From Lama guanicoe (lineage: Eukaryota), in NCBI GenBank assembly GCA_013239625.1, contig MU054391.1, positions 186,001-248,000 of the forward strand: a DNA stretch of 62,000 nt, in the 5' to 3' direction. Shown here piece after piece: positions 48,088 to 60,210 of the stretch (its first letter is position 1; each line of letters opens with the position of its first letter). A program made the position numbers and the translations under genes. The notes below the pieces were generated by a model. It searched no databases. It was not told the DNA's origin and worked only from the letters and a program-made list of their open reading frames with translations.

Positions 48088-51000
48088 CTGCAGAAAACCC
48101 AAAGGAAAGGTGCTCTTTTTCTGCATCTGAGCACGGGGGTCGGGCTCCTCTGGAGCTGGTGACCACCGTCCCTGGGGCCTCCTCCAGGCCCTCTGAGCCC
48201 TCCTTCTCTGCTCAGAGAAGAGAGACACCTTTCTTCGTGCTTTTCGGAGTTAAGCACAATGATAAATATTTTTAATGGATGGTAACAATTACATCTATCT
48301 AACATTCACCATGTTCCAGCTTCTGTGCAAAACGTTGATTCTTTCAGAACAACACGGACTGAGGTTATTTTAAGCACCTAAGAAGCACTGGGCTCTTTCT
48401 TGACTGAAGACGACACTGAGATTTAAAGTGTTCCAGGAAACTGGTCTGCGTCACCTGCTCCATCTGCCACAGAGCCAGGGTGTGAATCCAGGCTGCCAGA
48501 GCATCAGCTTTGCCTGTGAGGTGAAGACGGTCTGGGCTGGACTACCTCCCATCCCAGGGGCTTCTTTTGCCTTTCCTCTTGGTGACCCACTTTCAGGGTC
48601 AGAGGCAAGGCCCCCGTTGCCCTCCACACCTTTGCTCCCTTCCTGGGACCTGGTCCTCCAGGACGACAGCGAGGGGGTCCCAGTCCCCCGGTGGCAGCAC
48701 CAGCAGCAAGGGGGCCCCACTGGGCAGGTGCCCATGTCTTAGGGGCTGTGCTGTGTGGTCACCTGGGGCACTTCAGACCTGCACCCCAACCCCAAAGGGC
48801 AGTGTCCTCCCACACCCCTGAGATGAAGGCAGCAGACCCCAGGAAGGTAAAGAGTTTCAGAATTGAGATGGAAACCACAGTTTTTTCTGACTCTGAAAGC
48901 AACCCCACCCTCCTGTTGCAGCCCTGCCCGCCAACTTTCCCATGGGAACCACACAGGCCACGGATACTTCGTGGACAAGTCAACTTTGCTTCGATTGCTT
49001 GTTCTGTGATGGTGAGTGAGTTACTGGCCCTCTTCGACCCTTCCTTAATCAGTGGGTCATGGGCCCCCAGCACTGGGTCTGCCCGGCCTCCGCACCTTTC
49101 CCGACCTCTGCGCATCTGAGCCGGGTCCTCCCCTCCATAGAGGTTTGTCTCGGGAAGCGGGGCAGTTGCGTCCTTGGGGCCTCTAGGAACCAGCGAGGTT
49201 CCAGGTCTGATCCCTGGGGTTCATGGGGGCTTTCAGAGCAGGTCCCCAAAGCTGTGCCTGGCCTTTGGAGACGTGGCCTTGGACTTAGCACGTCTTGTCC
49301 AGAAACAATTTTGCTTTTGGAGGTGATGGTGGAGATGAGTGTGGGAACCTGGCAGCTCTTTTATGGAGGGGGCAGGGGGCAGGCCCTTGTCTCCATTAGA
49401 ACATTATCACCTTGGTTGGTACATGTTATTTCCAAAGAAAGAAGTTCGGCTTATTGGTGGATTTAAATTTTTAAATGTAATATTGCCTTGAACATAATCC
49501 ATGACCACCTGAACAGAGCACTCTTTGGATGGAAATGCATACAAGTGCGTGGCTTTTACGAGGCTTGGGCAGTGACTCAGTTCTGATCCCAACAAGTGAG
49601 GCTGGTGCTCTGGGGCTCCGGGTCCACGCAGCAGGTGCCCCATCCTCACCGCAGTCACAGTGCACCTGCACACCTGCGCACACAGAGCTGGAGAGTGAGG
49701 ACGAGGGTCTGTTTTATCTTTTCTCTAATAATTAAAGCGTGGTCTTGTCACCAGAGTCTCCTGTAGGTGTCTGGCACTGATGTGAATTCTTCACTGCTCT
49801 GCAAAAGCAGCAACAATCCACTTTCGAGTTAAACTGAGTTAGTAAAAGTTGATGCTGTTCTCACCGTGTGAGTCGCATACAGGCCGTATCTTCCTGGAAG
49901 ACGGAGGAGGGTTTCCAGTCACCCCATTTCATGCCCAGTGGGCAGGACCTGGTTACCGCCGCGCAGCTCAGTCTTCACAGAGGGCACAGGCGGTACAGAC
50001 CACCGTGAGCGTGTCGCTCTCACACTGCAAGGCTCTAGAATGTGAGGAAATCGCTGGGCTCGCCCCAGCGGTATCTAGTTATTCTAACACCTCAGACGCA
50101 GCAGTACCCGAGTACACATACTACGCACGCCTGGTGAACACACCCACGGCCCCGGGGGTCCCCAGCGCCAGCGCAGGGCCTCGCCTCCTGCAGGGGCTGG
50201 AACGCAGAGACCTTGTCCACGAGAGGAGTGAGACGGGCCAGACCCGACAGCGGGCAGGGAAAGCGCACGTTTCTCCCCATCCTGACAACGCCTTACACCG
50301 TCACCGGCAGACAAATGACAAAAGCACTGGTTTGGATTTAAGTGTAATGCTTTATAGTCTTGTTATCCGTGATGCATTTCATTTTTCATTAGTTTTATTT
50401 AACTTTAAGACCAACGTTGAAAACATGAGATCAGAATTTAAAAAGATTAAAAAAAACAAAGTGACAGATTAATTTTTATCAGCTTAAGAACGCAGGGGTC
50501 ACGTGCTGAGAACTGACGGCTCTGTGCTCAGCAGGAAGGGCCCTGGTCACAGAGTGATCGTGGAGACGGGGGCACAGAGCCAGAGCCCCCGGCACAGACG
50601 CCACACTGCTGCCCTGGCCCTGACCCTGCCCTGTCGCTCCTGGGGAAGCGAGGGTGACTGTGCGGAGTGGCGAATGTCTCGAAGCTTCCTTGAGCACTGG
50701 CAAGATGGTGGCCAAGACTAACAGGAGCCCAGGGCCTCCCTGGGAATAAAGTGCACCCCAGTTAACGGGCGTCCACTTAGTAAGTGAAGACTCGCCATTA
50801 ATCACAGCTAGTCTGTAGCGCGCTATTTGTAAGCCCGGGCCTTTCTAGCCAGTTAGTGAGAACAGAGAGGTGCCTGGTGGCTTGTCCTGGCCGCTCATGT
50901 CTCACGTCAGGCTTCTCCGTCCGGCTCCTCTGTGCGGCCCCGCCCGTGCCATCCGTGCAGGTCCCGGGGGTGCGGCTGCAGGACACCACGCCCAGCGACT

Positions 51001-51279
51001 GGACTCGCAGGCACCTGGGGGCAGAGCCAGGCCGGTTCGAACGCCTTCAGGGTTTTGTTGGTGTCAACATGCCACTGCTTCCGGGCCTCTGAGCCCGTCC
51101 CTCACCCCCTTCATCTACGTGGTCGAAGCCCACTCGCCACCCCGCCCCCAAAGCCTCACCAGCAGGGTCAGGGGATCACCAGGAGTGCGGGAGAGCTGGG
51201 CCCACTAGCCCCTCTTCGCCTCCGGTTTCGGAGGCTGTGTCTGTTACAAGGGCTCGGCGCCCTGAGTATGTCCCTGAGG

Positions 51280-51817
51280 GCAATGGTGAAGCTCCACATG
51301 AAATGGTTTGGGAACCTCTTGAAAGTTAGCATGCACCTACTTTATGGCCAAGGACTCCAGGCCTAGGTCTGGACTGAAGAGAAATGAAGACACGTGTCTA
51401 CGGAAGACTGTAAAGAACATGCTTAGTGAAGTCACTTGACTACACGCGATTCCATCAGCAAGAGGGCACACTAGCCATCGGAGGTGTGTTCGTGCAGCAG
51501 AACGCCGCTCCGTAATTAAAGGGAGCAAACTGTGGGCACATGCAGCTTCGTGGCCGACTCTCACCCACAAACTGCTGAACGAGGGAAGCCAGACAGGAAG
51601 ACCCCAGGCTGTGAAGCCCGTTTATGTGGAATTTACAGACACGGGCAAGTGTGATCTGCGGTGTGAGGAGCCGAAGGAACTGACCTCTGGGGTGCGGTCG
51701 CCTGGGAAGAGACCCAGGACCTGCTCGGGGTGAGGCATCTTCTCCGGGGTCCGGCTCCCTGGGTGGGCACCGGTGCCAAGCTCGTCCCTGAGCTTCGTCT
51801 TTAAAGTGTGTGCGCTT
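51280..51817 (+). mobile_element. L1MD/L1ME-type ORF2 end and 3' UTR, GC-shifted
   Basis: aagttagcatgcacctactttatg...aagagaaatgaagacacgtgtctac.gaagactgta...aagggagcaaactg..gcacatgcagc...tgctgaacgagggaagccagaca.gaaga...tttatgtggaattta...cgggcaa, colinear with old L1M 3' ends. Confidence 0.7.
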
Positions 51818-52235
51818 CCCAGCAGGGAATTCAACCCAGCGAGACAGAGCCTGGACTTCGACTGCTGTGCGCTTGCTGGACTTCCCAGCACACCCCCACC
51901 GCAAAGGAAATTTTCTTCTTACCTGCGAGTTCTGAATGAAAACCGCCCTGTTGCTCTGTCGGAAACAAGGGGCGCCCACCGCACGCCTCTGGAGAGGCTC
52001 TTCCCGTCCAGGGGTTTGAAAGACGAGACCAAGGCCCGCAGATAGGCCTCCACGCGTGCTCAGGGCAGGGCCAGTGCTTGTGCCGTCGGCTCCGTTTCCT
52101 GCCCGTTGGCGACCTCTCGTGCCCTTAGCTTCACGTCTGTCTTCTGAAGTCGGAGGGATCTTAGTGCTGAAACCCTTCATCACACGTGAGACCTTTCGCC
52201 TCACGCCTCCGTTCTGATCTAATTACAAGCCATTC

Positions 52236-52430
52236 TTCTTTTTCAGCTTCATTGAGGTCTACCTGGCAGATAGAATTATGATGTATTTAAAGTACACAGA
52301 GTAATTCTCTGATAGACAATACGTTGTGGGAGGATTCCACAGTCGAGCTGATTAACAGGTCATCCCTCGCCGCGCATCCGCACCTTTCTTCTGGTGAGGA
52401 CCAAGCCAGCTCTGACTTCTGTAACTCAAG
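52236..52430 (-). mobile_element. L1MA9-like LINE-1 3' end
   Basis: tttttcagcttcattgaggt...gtatttaaagtacaca...tgatagac.atacgttgtgggaggattcc..agtcgagctgattaaca.gtcatc...tggtgaggac. Confidence 0.7.
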
Positions 52431-54171
52431 GCCAGGCTTGGATGAAGCGGGTATGTTGTCCGGGAGCAACTCGCTTCTGCCCCTTTCAGCTTTCTGCCTG
52501 TGCTGCACACAAAGGAACAGTGGCAACGAGAAAGTAAACAAAGATTAAAAATCAACTGGAACTTCCAGGGACCGAGACCAGGGAGCTGTCGGCTGTTCAC
52601 TTGTCGTCTAAGCTCAGACCCAAACCTCGTGGTGGGGGACTGCCCTCGGACAAGGTCCTGAGACCAGGAGACGCCACAGGCGCCGGGAAGATGGAGATGG
52701 GGTGGGGGCAGAGGTCGGAAGAGGGCGGGGTGGAGACGCACCCGGCAGCGTTCTCCCCGCGGGCTGCAATCTCGCTTGGTTCACCTGAGCAGATGGAAGA
52801 GAAAACGGGAGCCGGCCAAGCAGCAGCTCAACCGTCAGCCACGCTGGGCCTCAGCGTCCGTCGTCCGACCCTGACGTTGGGGAAGGGGGAGGAGGGGCTG
52901 GGCCAGGGAACCAGGAGCTTCCTTCTCCCCAGAAGGTCTCTCCACGGAGCCTGACCTCACCGCCTGTCAGACCCCGGAGCAGTCCTGCTGCAGTTCCTGT
53001 AAAGCGCGGTGATGCTGCCCGAAGCTGCTGCGTGAAGACGCCCACAGGAAGCAGGTGTGTTGGGAAAGAGCACATCGTTTCAGGGTGTAATTGCATCAAC
53101 AGACTCTGGGAAAACGGGCAGGGATGGCACAGATCTTGGGAGTAAGTGCGTTTGGGAGCTCAGATGCAGAGCCCTGCCGTGCCGACTGCATTAGTAATCG
53201 GCTTGCGCCTGCACCGCCGATGAATCCCAGGTTCTCACTCTTTTAATTATTTCCCACACGGCAGTTTTAATGTGTTATTATGCTGCTGAACTTTGAAGGG
53301 AGCCTGCATTTCACTTGATACATTATTGATGCCAGCTGAAGACTGAACATCTCAGACGTGAAGGAGCAGCGGTGTTGGGGCAATACGACATCAGGTCAGT
53401 CAGAGGGCGATTTTCCTGTGTTCGCCCGACTTCTCCGAGGAAGTCTTCACCCCAGTAGGCAGCTCTGGGGTGTAGAGTCTTGGCGTGTAACCATCGGACA
53501 CCAGCTTCTGCTGTGTTTCCTGTGTGCTGCCACACCGTTCATCTCTCAGTTGCCACCACTGACATACGTCTTTATACTCTCACCTCTTCTCCATTTTTCT
53601 GACGAGTGTCAACTGAAAGTCAATGTTTGCCATTCTTTTTAGAAGGAAAAACATCTTCATGGGGAAACATCCTATTTGGGGATAAATTGCACTCACTAAA
53701 TCTTGATCAAACGTAATTGTGTGTGTGAGTTTGGGTTCATAAATTGAGCTGCTCATGTGACTAACATTCATTAAAATGTTGGCAAACGCGCCGATCATGG
53801 CAGGTGCAGGCAGTGCAGGCGTAAGTGGCTTCACCCTCGAACATCTCAGGCTGCACTGGGCATCAGGGCGAGGCCTCCAGACCGCTTGGTCTGTTGCGTC
53901 CATAAGGAGAGCTGCCTCCTGAACGACTGATTCTTACCATGGGAAGGGTCGAGACTCGCTCGCGGTGGGTGCTGGTTGTCCGGCGTCTCCCGAAGCCCAC
54001 CTGTTCCTGCGGGTCCATCCGGGTCCTCGGTGGTGGAGGGACATGTCTGTTTCCAGTCCTTCCCACAGATGGCTCCTACGCTTTCGTTTTGATCAGAGTT
54101 ACAGAGCTGGACGCTTCCCTGAGAGCTAACCTACAATCTGTCCGTCAGCCTGAGGACTCGCTGCCTCTGCA

Positions 54172-54190
54172 CACACCACCTGGTGGCCCC
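54172..54190 (-). promoter_or_regulatory. CTCF-like motif
   Basis: The minus strand reads GGGGCCACCAGGTGGTGTG, close to the CTCF core GGCCACCAGGTGGCGC. Binding is not demonstrated. Confidence 0.35.
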
Positions 54191-54199
54191 TCCCCCTCT

Positions 54200-54292
54200 G
54201 CCCATGCAGGGACTGCGCTGGCCTTGCTCACCGACGTCCGTGGGGAGGGGCGTCTATTTGGAATTCAGGAAATAACTGTTCAGTGGATGAAC
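54200..54292 (+). mobile_element. Degenerate L2 3' end
   Basis: gcagggactgcgctggccttgctcaccgac...tcaggaaataactgttcagtggatgaa resembles the L2 terminus. Confidence 0.4.
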
Positions 54293-55944
54293 GTACGATC
54301 AGTTGCAGATTAAACTTTCTGGGCTGTGCCAGTTCCACCGGCGAGCTAACACGTCGGCTAAATGCGTCTGGCCCTAAGGGACCTCAGGCTTCCAGCATCA
54401 CTGTCGGGAGGCTGGCCCACCCGAGCAGCAAAGAAGACGTTTGAGGTCTGTTCTCCCTCAGCTCCTCCAAACCCCCAGAGGAGCCCAGGAGGGAGGTGAG
54501 CAGCACTCGGTGGCTGTTACTGACTCTGGCCATGGGTGCTGATCGAGCGCAGGCCATTCCGCCTCCAGGGCCAGACCTCCAGGGCGGTCCCCCTGGGTGG
54601 TCGCCGCTGCCGCTGCAGGGGCCAGCGTCATCCAGGCCCGGGACAGCGACGGTTAGAAGCCCAGTCCCGTTAGAATGTGCTTTTCCTGCAGAGCATTATT
54701 TTGTTGGGATCCATTGTGCAAAATATAGGATTTTTTTCCCCTGGCATTCATGGGTTTTGTATGTTTTCTGAGAGAGTGATGAGGGTCTGAAAACAATGCC
54801 TTGCTAGACATTATTCTTACCTCAAGTGTTCCTTTAAGGAGGAAAAAGAAAACATGTAATGTATATATTTTCAGTTATTTTATTATGAAATATTTGTTAT
54901 ATTTCTTTCCACCACTTACATGCACTTAATTATAAATATACTCCATTTTCAATAATTTCAAATGTGTGTCTGCTCCTCCTTTCTAAACACACCTAAATAG
55001 TGTGGAAAGAGTTAGCAACACGTAAGAGGACAGGTGTGCCAGGCCTTTGAGCAGGACCGCCCTGTCTAGTCATGAGCTCTCTGCCCCCCCTGCACATGCG
55101 GGGAGGGAGGCTGGGACTAGCCCTTTCTGGGTCAGGCATCCAGCAAGGTCCACCCCCTCAGGCATGGGGGTGACAAGTGGCACGTCCCTCGGCAGGGACA
55201 CGAGTGATTGTTGGGCACCATCCTCCACACGGCAGGGCTGTGGCCTGTGTGGGTGGCGGCAGACGCCCAGTGAGCATGTGTGGAGTGGCAGGTGATGTGA
55301 TGGGGGTCCCCGAGGGTGGCAGCAGAGGCAGGGGGGTGGAGGGCACAGTGGATGGACCCTCGGGTCCAGCCTGACCAGAGAGGGAGCAGGCACGTGGGCA
55401 CCTGTTGGCTCCTTCTTGGTCCGTCTGGGGTTCATTCTCCTGTTGAGCTCAGACGGGCCTTAGCACCTGCTCCAGGAGCCCACGGGACGCCTCCCGGGAC
55501 AGAGTGGGCCGTGCTGTGCAGTGTGTCTGTGGTCCTGGGGGTGCAGCGGGTGTGGAAGAATCCAGGGCAGTGAGTGTGCTGACTGGACGGCAGAGCTGCT
55601 GACCGTCCTCAGATGGGCGCCAGGCGGGGAGCTGGAGCAGCTGGTCCCCGGCTGCAGGGGGGACGCACGGTGACAGCTCTCAGGTGAGTCCAGCAAACCC
55701 TTTGGCCTCAGCCTCCTCGTGGGGACAGTTTCGTGTTGGGCAGTGTCTTGTCATCAATTAAATGGACCCATCAGACCTGGATGAGCGAGAGTTTGCATTG
55801 AGCTTCCTGACAGTTGTCCTTTCCTGGGTATTTGAAGACTAGCCTCTCATATGAGTTTGCTTTCAAATGACCCCCCAGATAAATGTCCTGTGGCTTTCAC
55901 GTCTTAAGTACTACTTGCTGTTAACAGGTATTGATTATGAATTG

Positions 55945-56130
55945 ATATTTTATTTTAAAATTTGTAGAAAACCAAAATCACATCAAAGAAGGGAAACATT
56001 TTCTCATTAACCCAGGGTAAGCCTTTACCACTTCGGCGTATGATTTACACCTCTTTCTGCATATCCATATTTGCACAAGACTTTTGCACTTCTATAAAAT
56101 TAACATTATGCTACAGATTAGTATTGGAAC
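55945..56130 (-). mobile_element. Old L1ME-type 3' UTR fragment
   Basis: aaaatttgtagaaaac...aaagaaggga...acccagggtaagcc.ttaccacttcggcgtat...tctttctgcatat...aaaattaacattatgctaca. Confidence 0.4.
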
Positions 56131-57859
56131 GTAAGATGAATGACTGTATGTACCTAGACATGTAAACAAAATAATGTAAAAGTGAAGTAAAAGTAATGAT
56201 CAACGTTACTCTGACTTCATTAGATGAAGGGGTCAAGACTGCAGAACGAAGGTTTCTCAAGTGTCTTGTCCACGTCCCAAGGAGAGCCCTCCCAGAGCCT
56301 CCAGAATAGGAGGGACACGGGCCAGCAGCCTGAAGACTGGGCCCCAGGGCGAAACGCAGAAGGCACGGAGGTCTACGCGGAAGGAGCCAGGGGCCGGAGG
56401 AGGGGCCAGGGAGCCTCCAGGGTTTTCAGGGCTAAGAAGACACAAGCGTACAGTGGGGCGTGAAGACTGGGGCAACAGCAGAGGAAACCAAGCTTCAGTG
56501 AAAAAAGTGCCTCGAGTCGGACGCTGGTCTGCGACCAGGGAGGCGGGTGGAGGGCGCGGGGACGCAAGGACCTGGCGGAGGGACGGCCCCAGCAGCTTCT
56601 GCGGGGACTCACAGCAGAGCCACACCCGGAGCAGCTTCAGCAGGAGAGCGAGACAACCTCCAGAGCGTCTGCACCTGGTGTAGAGCTGCCCCTGCCGAGT
56701 CTCCAGGCTTCGGTGCGGCTTGTGGGTTTGCATGTATGTTTATCTGACCTGAACAAGGGGCTGGACAGGTCATCAGAGGGTGGGTATAAATTATTAATTT
56801 CCACCCAGTAGACCAATGATGTCAAACCATTTGCACACTCCAATCATCTTTAAAGTGTTTGTTTTGGGGTAGTTTCCAGTATTATTTTCATTATAAAACA
56901 CCCACGAAGGAAAAAATCTCTAAAAAATGAAATCAACCATTATCTTAAAACATCATTTGTCATATTTTCCTCTTGTAGCTCTTTCGGGAGACGGCTGGTA
57001 CTGAGGCCAGCGCTGGGTCACCCGTGGACGGGGTCAGGCGCAGCATCTCCAGCTCCACCTTGAGCCGTCAGCTGCTCCCCTACTGGGCTGTAACCACGAA
57101 GGGCTGACTGCCTTGAGCAGGGGACCTCGGTCAGCTGTGTTTGCCTCCTTATCTCCCATCTATGAAACAAGCGAATCGAGGTGAGGGCAGCTGGTCTCAT
57201 GGTGTCCATCAGGGGCTCAATGACTGTTTGCTGCATTGGGACATGCGGTTATAAAGTGTTACAAGGATGATTGAGTCCTGTTAGGGAAACTTTGACCTGG
57301 GAAAGCAAGACACAGTCTGGGAGCTCTCCACAGAAGTAAAGCCAAGTGTTTGAAATGCAACCTGCAAATCTGGGCTTGGTGGCTCGTGACTATAACAGAA
57401 TTTATTCAATTCTGCAATCCTTTAAAATATACTCCACCGAAGGTCGTACACTTTAGATGCCTGTGCTCTGTAGAATTCTCTGTGGGGTGTTCTGGGTCTC
57501 TGGCGTGTGGTTTAGTAAATATTTCAACAGTCTCGCAGATGCCGTAGACGTCTGAGCAGTTAGTTCGGGTCAACGTGCTGGCTTTCTTGGCCGACACTGT
57601 GGCTTCAGGTGGAGGAGAGAACGGCCCACCCTCCACCAGACTGACGTGGGCCCACGGAGGGGCCGCGGCGCGAGCCGGAGGGAGAGGCTCCAGCCCCACT
57701 TCTGTGGAAAGAAACCGCCTGTAGGAAAGTCGTGTACAGAGTCTGATTTTGGTTTATCGTCTGTGACTGAGGGATGGTAATTCCAGCCCAGCCCAGCTCC
57801 AGGGATGGCAGAATTCGGGGGACATGTTTCCAAGCTCACAGGTTCAGACAGACGTAGGC

Positions 57860-57940
57860 ATTTTACTCATTTATTCCTTCCTCTCTGAGAATCTGTCAGA
57901 CGCCAGGCACTGTCCTGCATGTCGGGGACGCACGTGAGGA
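57860..57940 (-). mobile_element. L2 3' end fragment
   Basis: actcatttattccttc...ctgaga.tct..cagacgccaggcactgtcctg.atgtcggggacgca matches the antisense L2 terminus. Confidence 0.5.
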
Positions 57941-58019
57941 TGCAGGGCAACCACTGATGACTGCAGATAATTATTCAAGACACGGTCATGGAGGTTGGTG
58001 ACAACCTGAGCATTTGATG

Positions 58020-58190
58020 TGTCTTTAATCAGTCCTCACAGTAACACTGTGATAGAGTTCTCTTGTCCTTTCTCATAAACAAGAAACCGTAAGAGGTTTT
58101 AAAGAAAGGGTTACAGTTTTAAGATGGTGTTAAGATCTTGTCCTGGTTTGTGGTCAGAACTCAGAGTGAGATGCTCCTGACGCCAGCCTT
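58020..58190 (-). mobile_element. Degenerate MIR fragment
   Basis: tttaatcagtcctcacagtaacactgtgatag...cctttctcataaacaagaaaccg resembles the antisense MIR 3' half. Confidence 0.4.
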
Positions 58191-60059
58191 TTCTATGACT
58201 CTCTAACCCACTCCACCTGCGACACAGGAGGGGATTTAAGTTACGGTAAGAACAACTCAGTTACTCCCAAGAGACTTTGGAAAACCAGGTTTGTAAACAC
58301 AACAAGCAGTCATAACCGCGTGTGTGCATTTGAGGGATCTTTCATATGGAGCAGTCTATTCCAAAGAAATAAACTCAGAAATAATATCCTGCTCACCCAG
58401 GACTTACGTGGAGGACTGTTTTACCATTGTTACAATAAAGTAGACGTCTGGCTAAAAGTATTCTTTTCCTACAGAAATCTCAGTGACCTGAGAGCCCTGG
58501 GTCCTTCCGCAGTGTCCCCTCGAAACCACGGCTCCAGAGCCGCGCCACTCCCACTGCCCCGGCCCACCCTACAGAGGGGCGGCGAAGAGCTTAGAGAAAC
58601 ACTAAACAGATGAAAATGCAACGGCAAGGAAATCATTTAATTAGAGACAACGCGACAGACTTGGAGGCATAGGGAGCCAGTACCTGATCGGTGCCCGGAG
58701 GACAGCGGGCAGTGACAGAAACAGCTGTGGGTCTCTGGATGGCGAGCTGGCCAGCAAAGCCACAGCCCAGCCTGTCCCTCACTCCGCCACAGTCAGCCCA
58801 GCACTTGACAAGTGACGCAAGAGAGGACGGTTGTCCCGAGTCTGAAGAACCAAGTGCAGCAAGTGAGGCGTCTTCCCGAGAAAAACACTTAAAATCCGGG
58901 GAACCAACAGACATGGAAAACTAAACGGCTGGAAACTGAGAAGCCACACGGGAAGTCGTGCTGGGTGCAGATCTGATCTGCACGCTGCTAACAGCTCAAC
59001 GCCTGCGGTGGCTGCGGCTGGGAGCTGAGTTCACAGCCTGCGGATCGAAGAAGGGAGGCCGTGCGCAGGCGCCAGCGGTGCCCGGAGGGAAGCGCGATGA
59101 GACGGACTGGTGTGCCAACTGTGGCGTTTGTCAGAGCAGAGATCTGGATATTAATTTGAAAGCTCACAAATAAAATTTCAGAGAATAAGGACATTCTGTA
59201 AACGTGTAAGGCAACATTAAAATATGTTAATACACAAGTCAGAAACCATCGGGGAAGAGAAGCTTTGAGGAGATCACACGTGTCAGTTTACTCTCATGTG
59301 CTTGAAAGTTAAAAGTCACTGCTCACAACGACACATCGAGAGCCGGAGGTTCCAGCATGACCTTATTAATTATGGCTCCTGCGCAGGGCTTGCCAGGTGG
59401 GCGGCCTCGCAGCCAGTGATGGGTGGGCTCAGAAGGGCTGGGCGGCTGCCTGAGATCAGAGGGCGAAGTGTGCGGTTGACCTACAGGGCCACGTGCGCAG
59501 ATTCAAGGTCTCGTAAGGAGGGCTTCGCTCCCTGTGCTTTGGCACAAGGAAACCCTTTCCATAATCAAGGAATTGTCATTCTTTCTCACATCGTGCCAAA
59601 GCTTGTGATTTACTAATTTTAATTTCTTGAATATCAGTAAGTGCCAAAGTGAAGAAAAACTTCATTTATTAGCAGTCAGAGTTGGCCTTAAAAAAATCAC
59701 AAATCTATTTGTGCCATGAAATAAACGTTGTGGCATGTGTAGGGTGAACTTCCTGCTGCAACCTGCCTCTCCTCCCGCCGTGCGTCCTCAGCCTGGGAAG
59801 GGCTCGCACCCGGGGGCTTTGTCTGCCCTCTGCCCCACAGACCCACGTCCGTCCTCACAGGCTCCCCCTTCACACCCTCCTGAACCTCCCTCCAAATTCT
59901 GCACACTCTGAACTCTAGCAGGTTTAATATATTTGCTTTCCAGTATTTCTCCCCATGCTAAGGTTATCACTAAAAGACAAACTACGGTCAAAGTTCTCGT
60001 AATTCTTCAAAAACACAAATAAAGCAGACTCTCAGAATACCTAATTTTGAAGAGTCTAA

Positions 60060-60210
60060 TACATACTCAGGGAACTTGTCAAGATGCGCATTCCGGGCCC
60101 CACCCATGAATTTACGGCCCAGAAAGTCTTGGTCAGCCCTGGGCTCTGCATGTATTACCGCCACCCACAGCGCCGTGGGAGACGGTGGTCCAGGAACCAC
60201 GTGTTCAGAC
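60060..60210. mobile_element. MER5A (hAT-Charlie) fragment
   Basis: gggaacttgtcaagatgcgcattccgggccccaccc...tctgcatgtattac...ggtggtccaggaaccacgtgttcaga is colinear with MER5A. Confidence 0.65.

Noticed and set aside
58633..58924. Overlapping ORFs with a possible minus-strand exon (donor near 58682)
   Set aside because: Splice signals are weak and no known protein is recognisable.
5554..60000. Numerous 100-250 aa ORFs rich in Pro/Gly/Arg/Ala/Ser (e.g. 19671-20363, 33501-34169, 49849-50472, 51455-52204)
   Set aside because: They overlap in several frames and strands, have GC-driven composition and no recognisable domains, and some run through repeats. This is expected in stop-poor GC-rich DNA.
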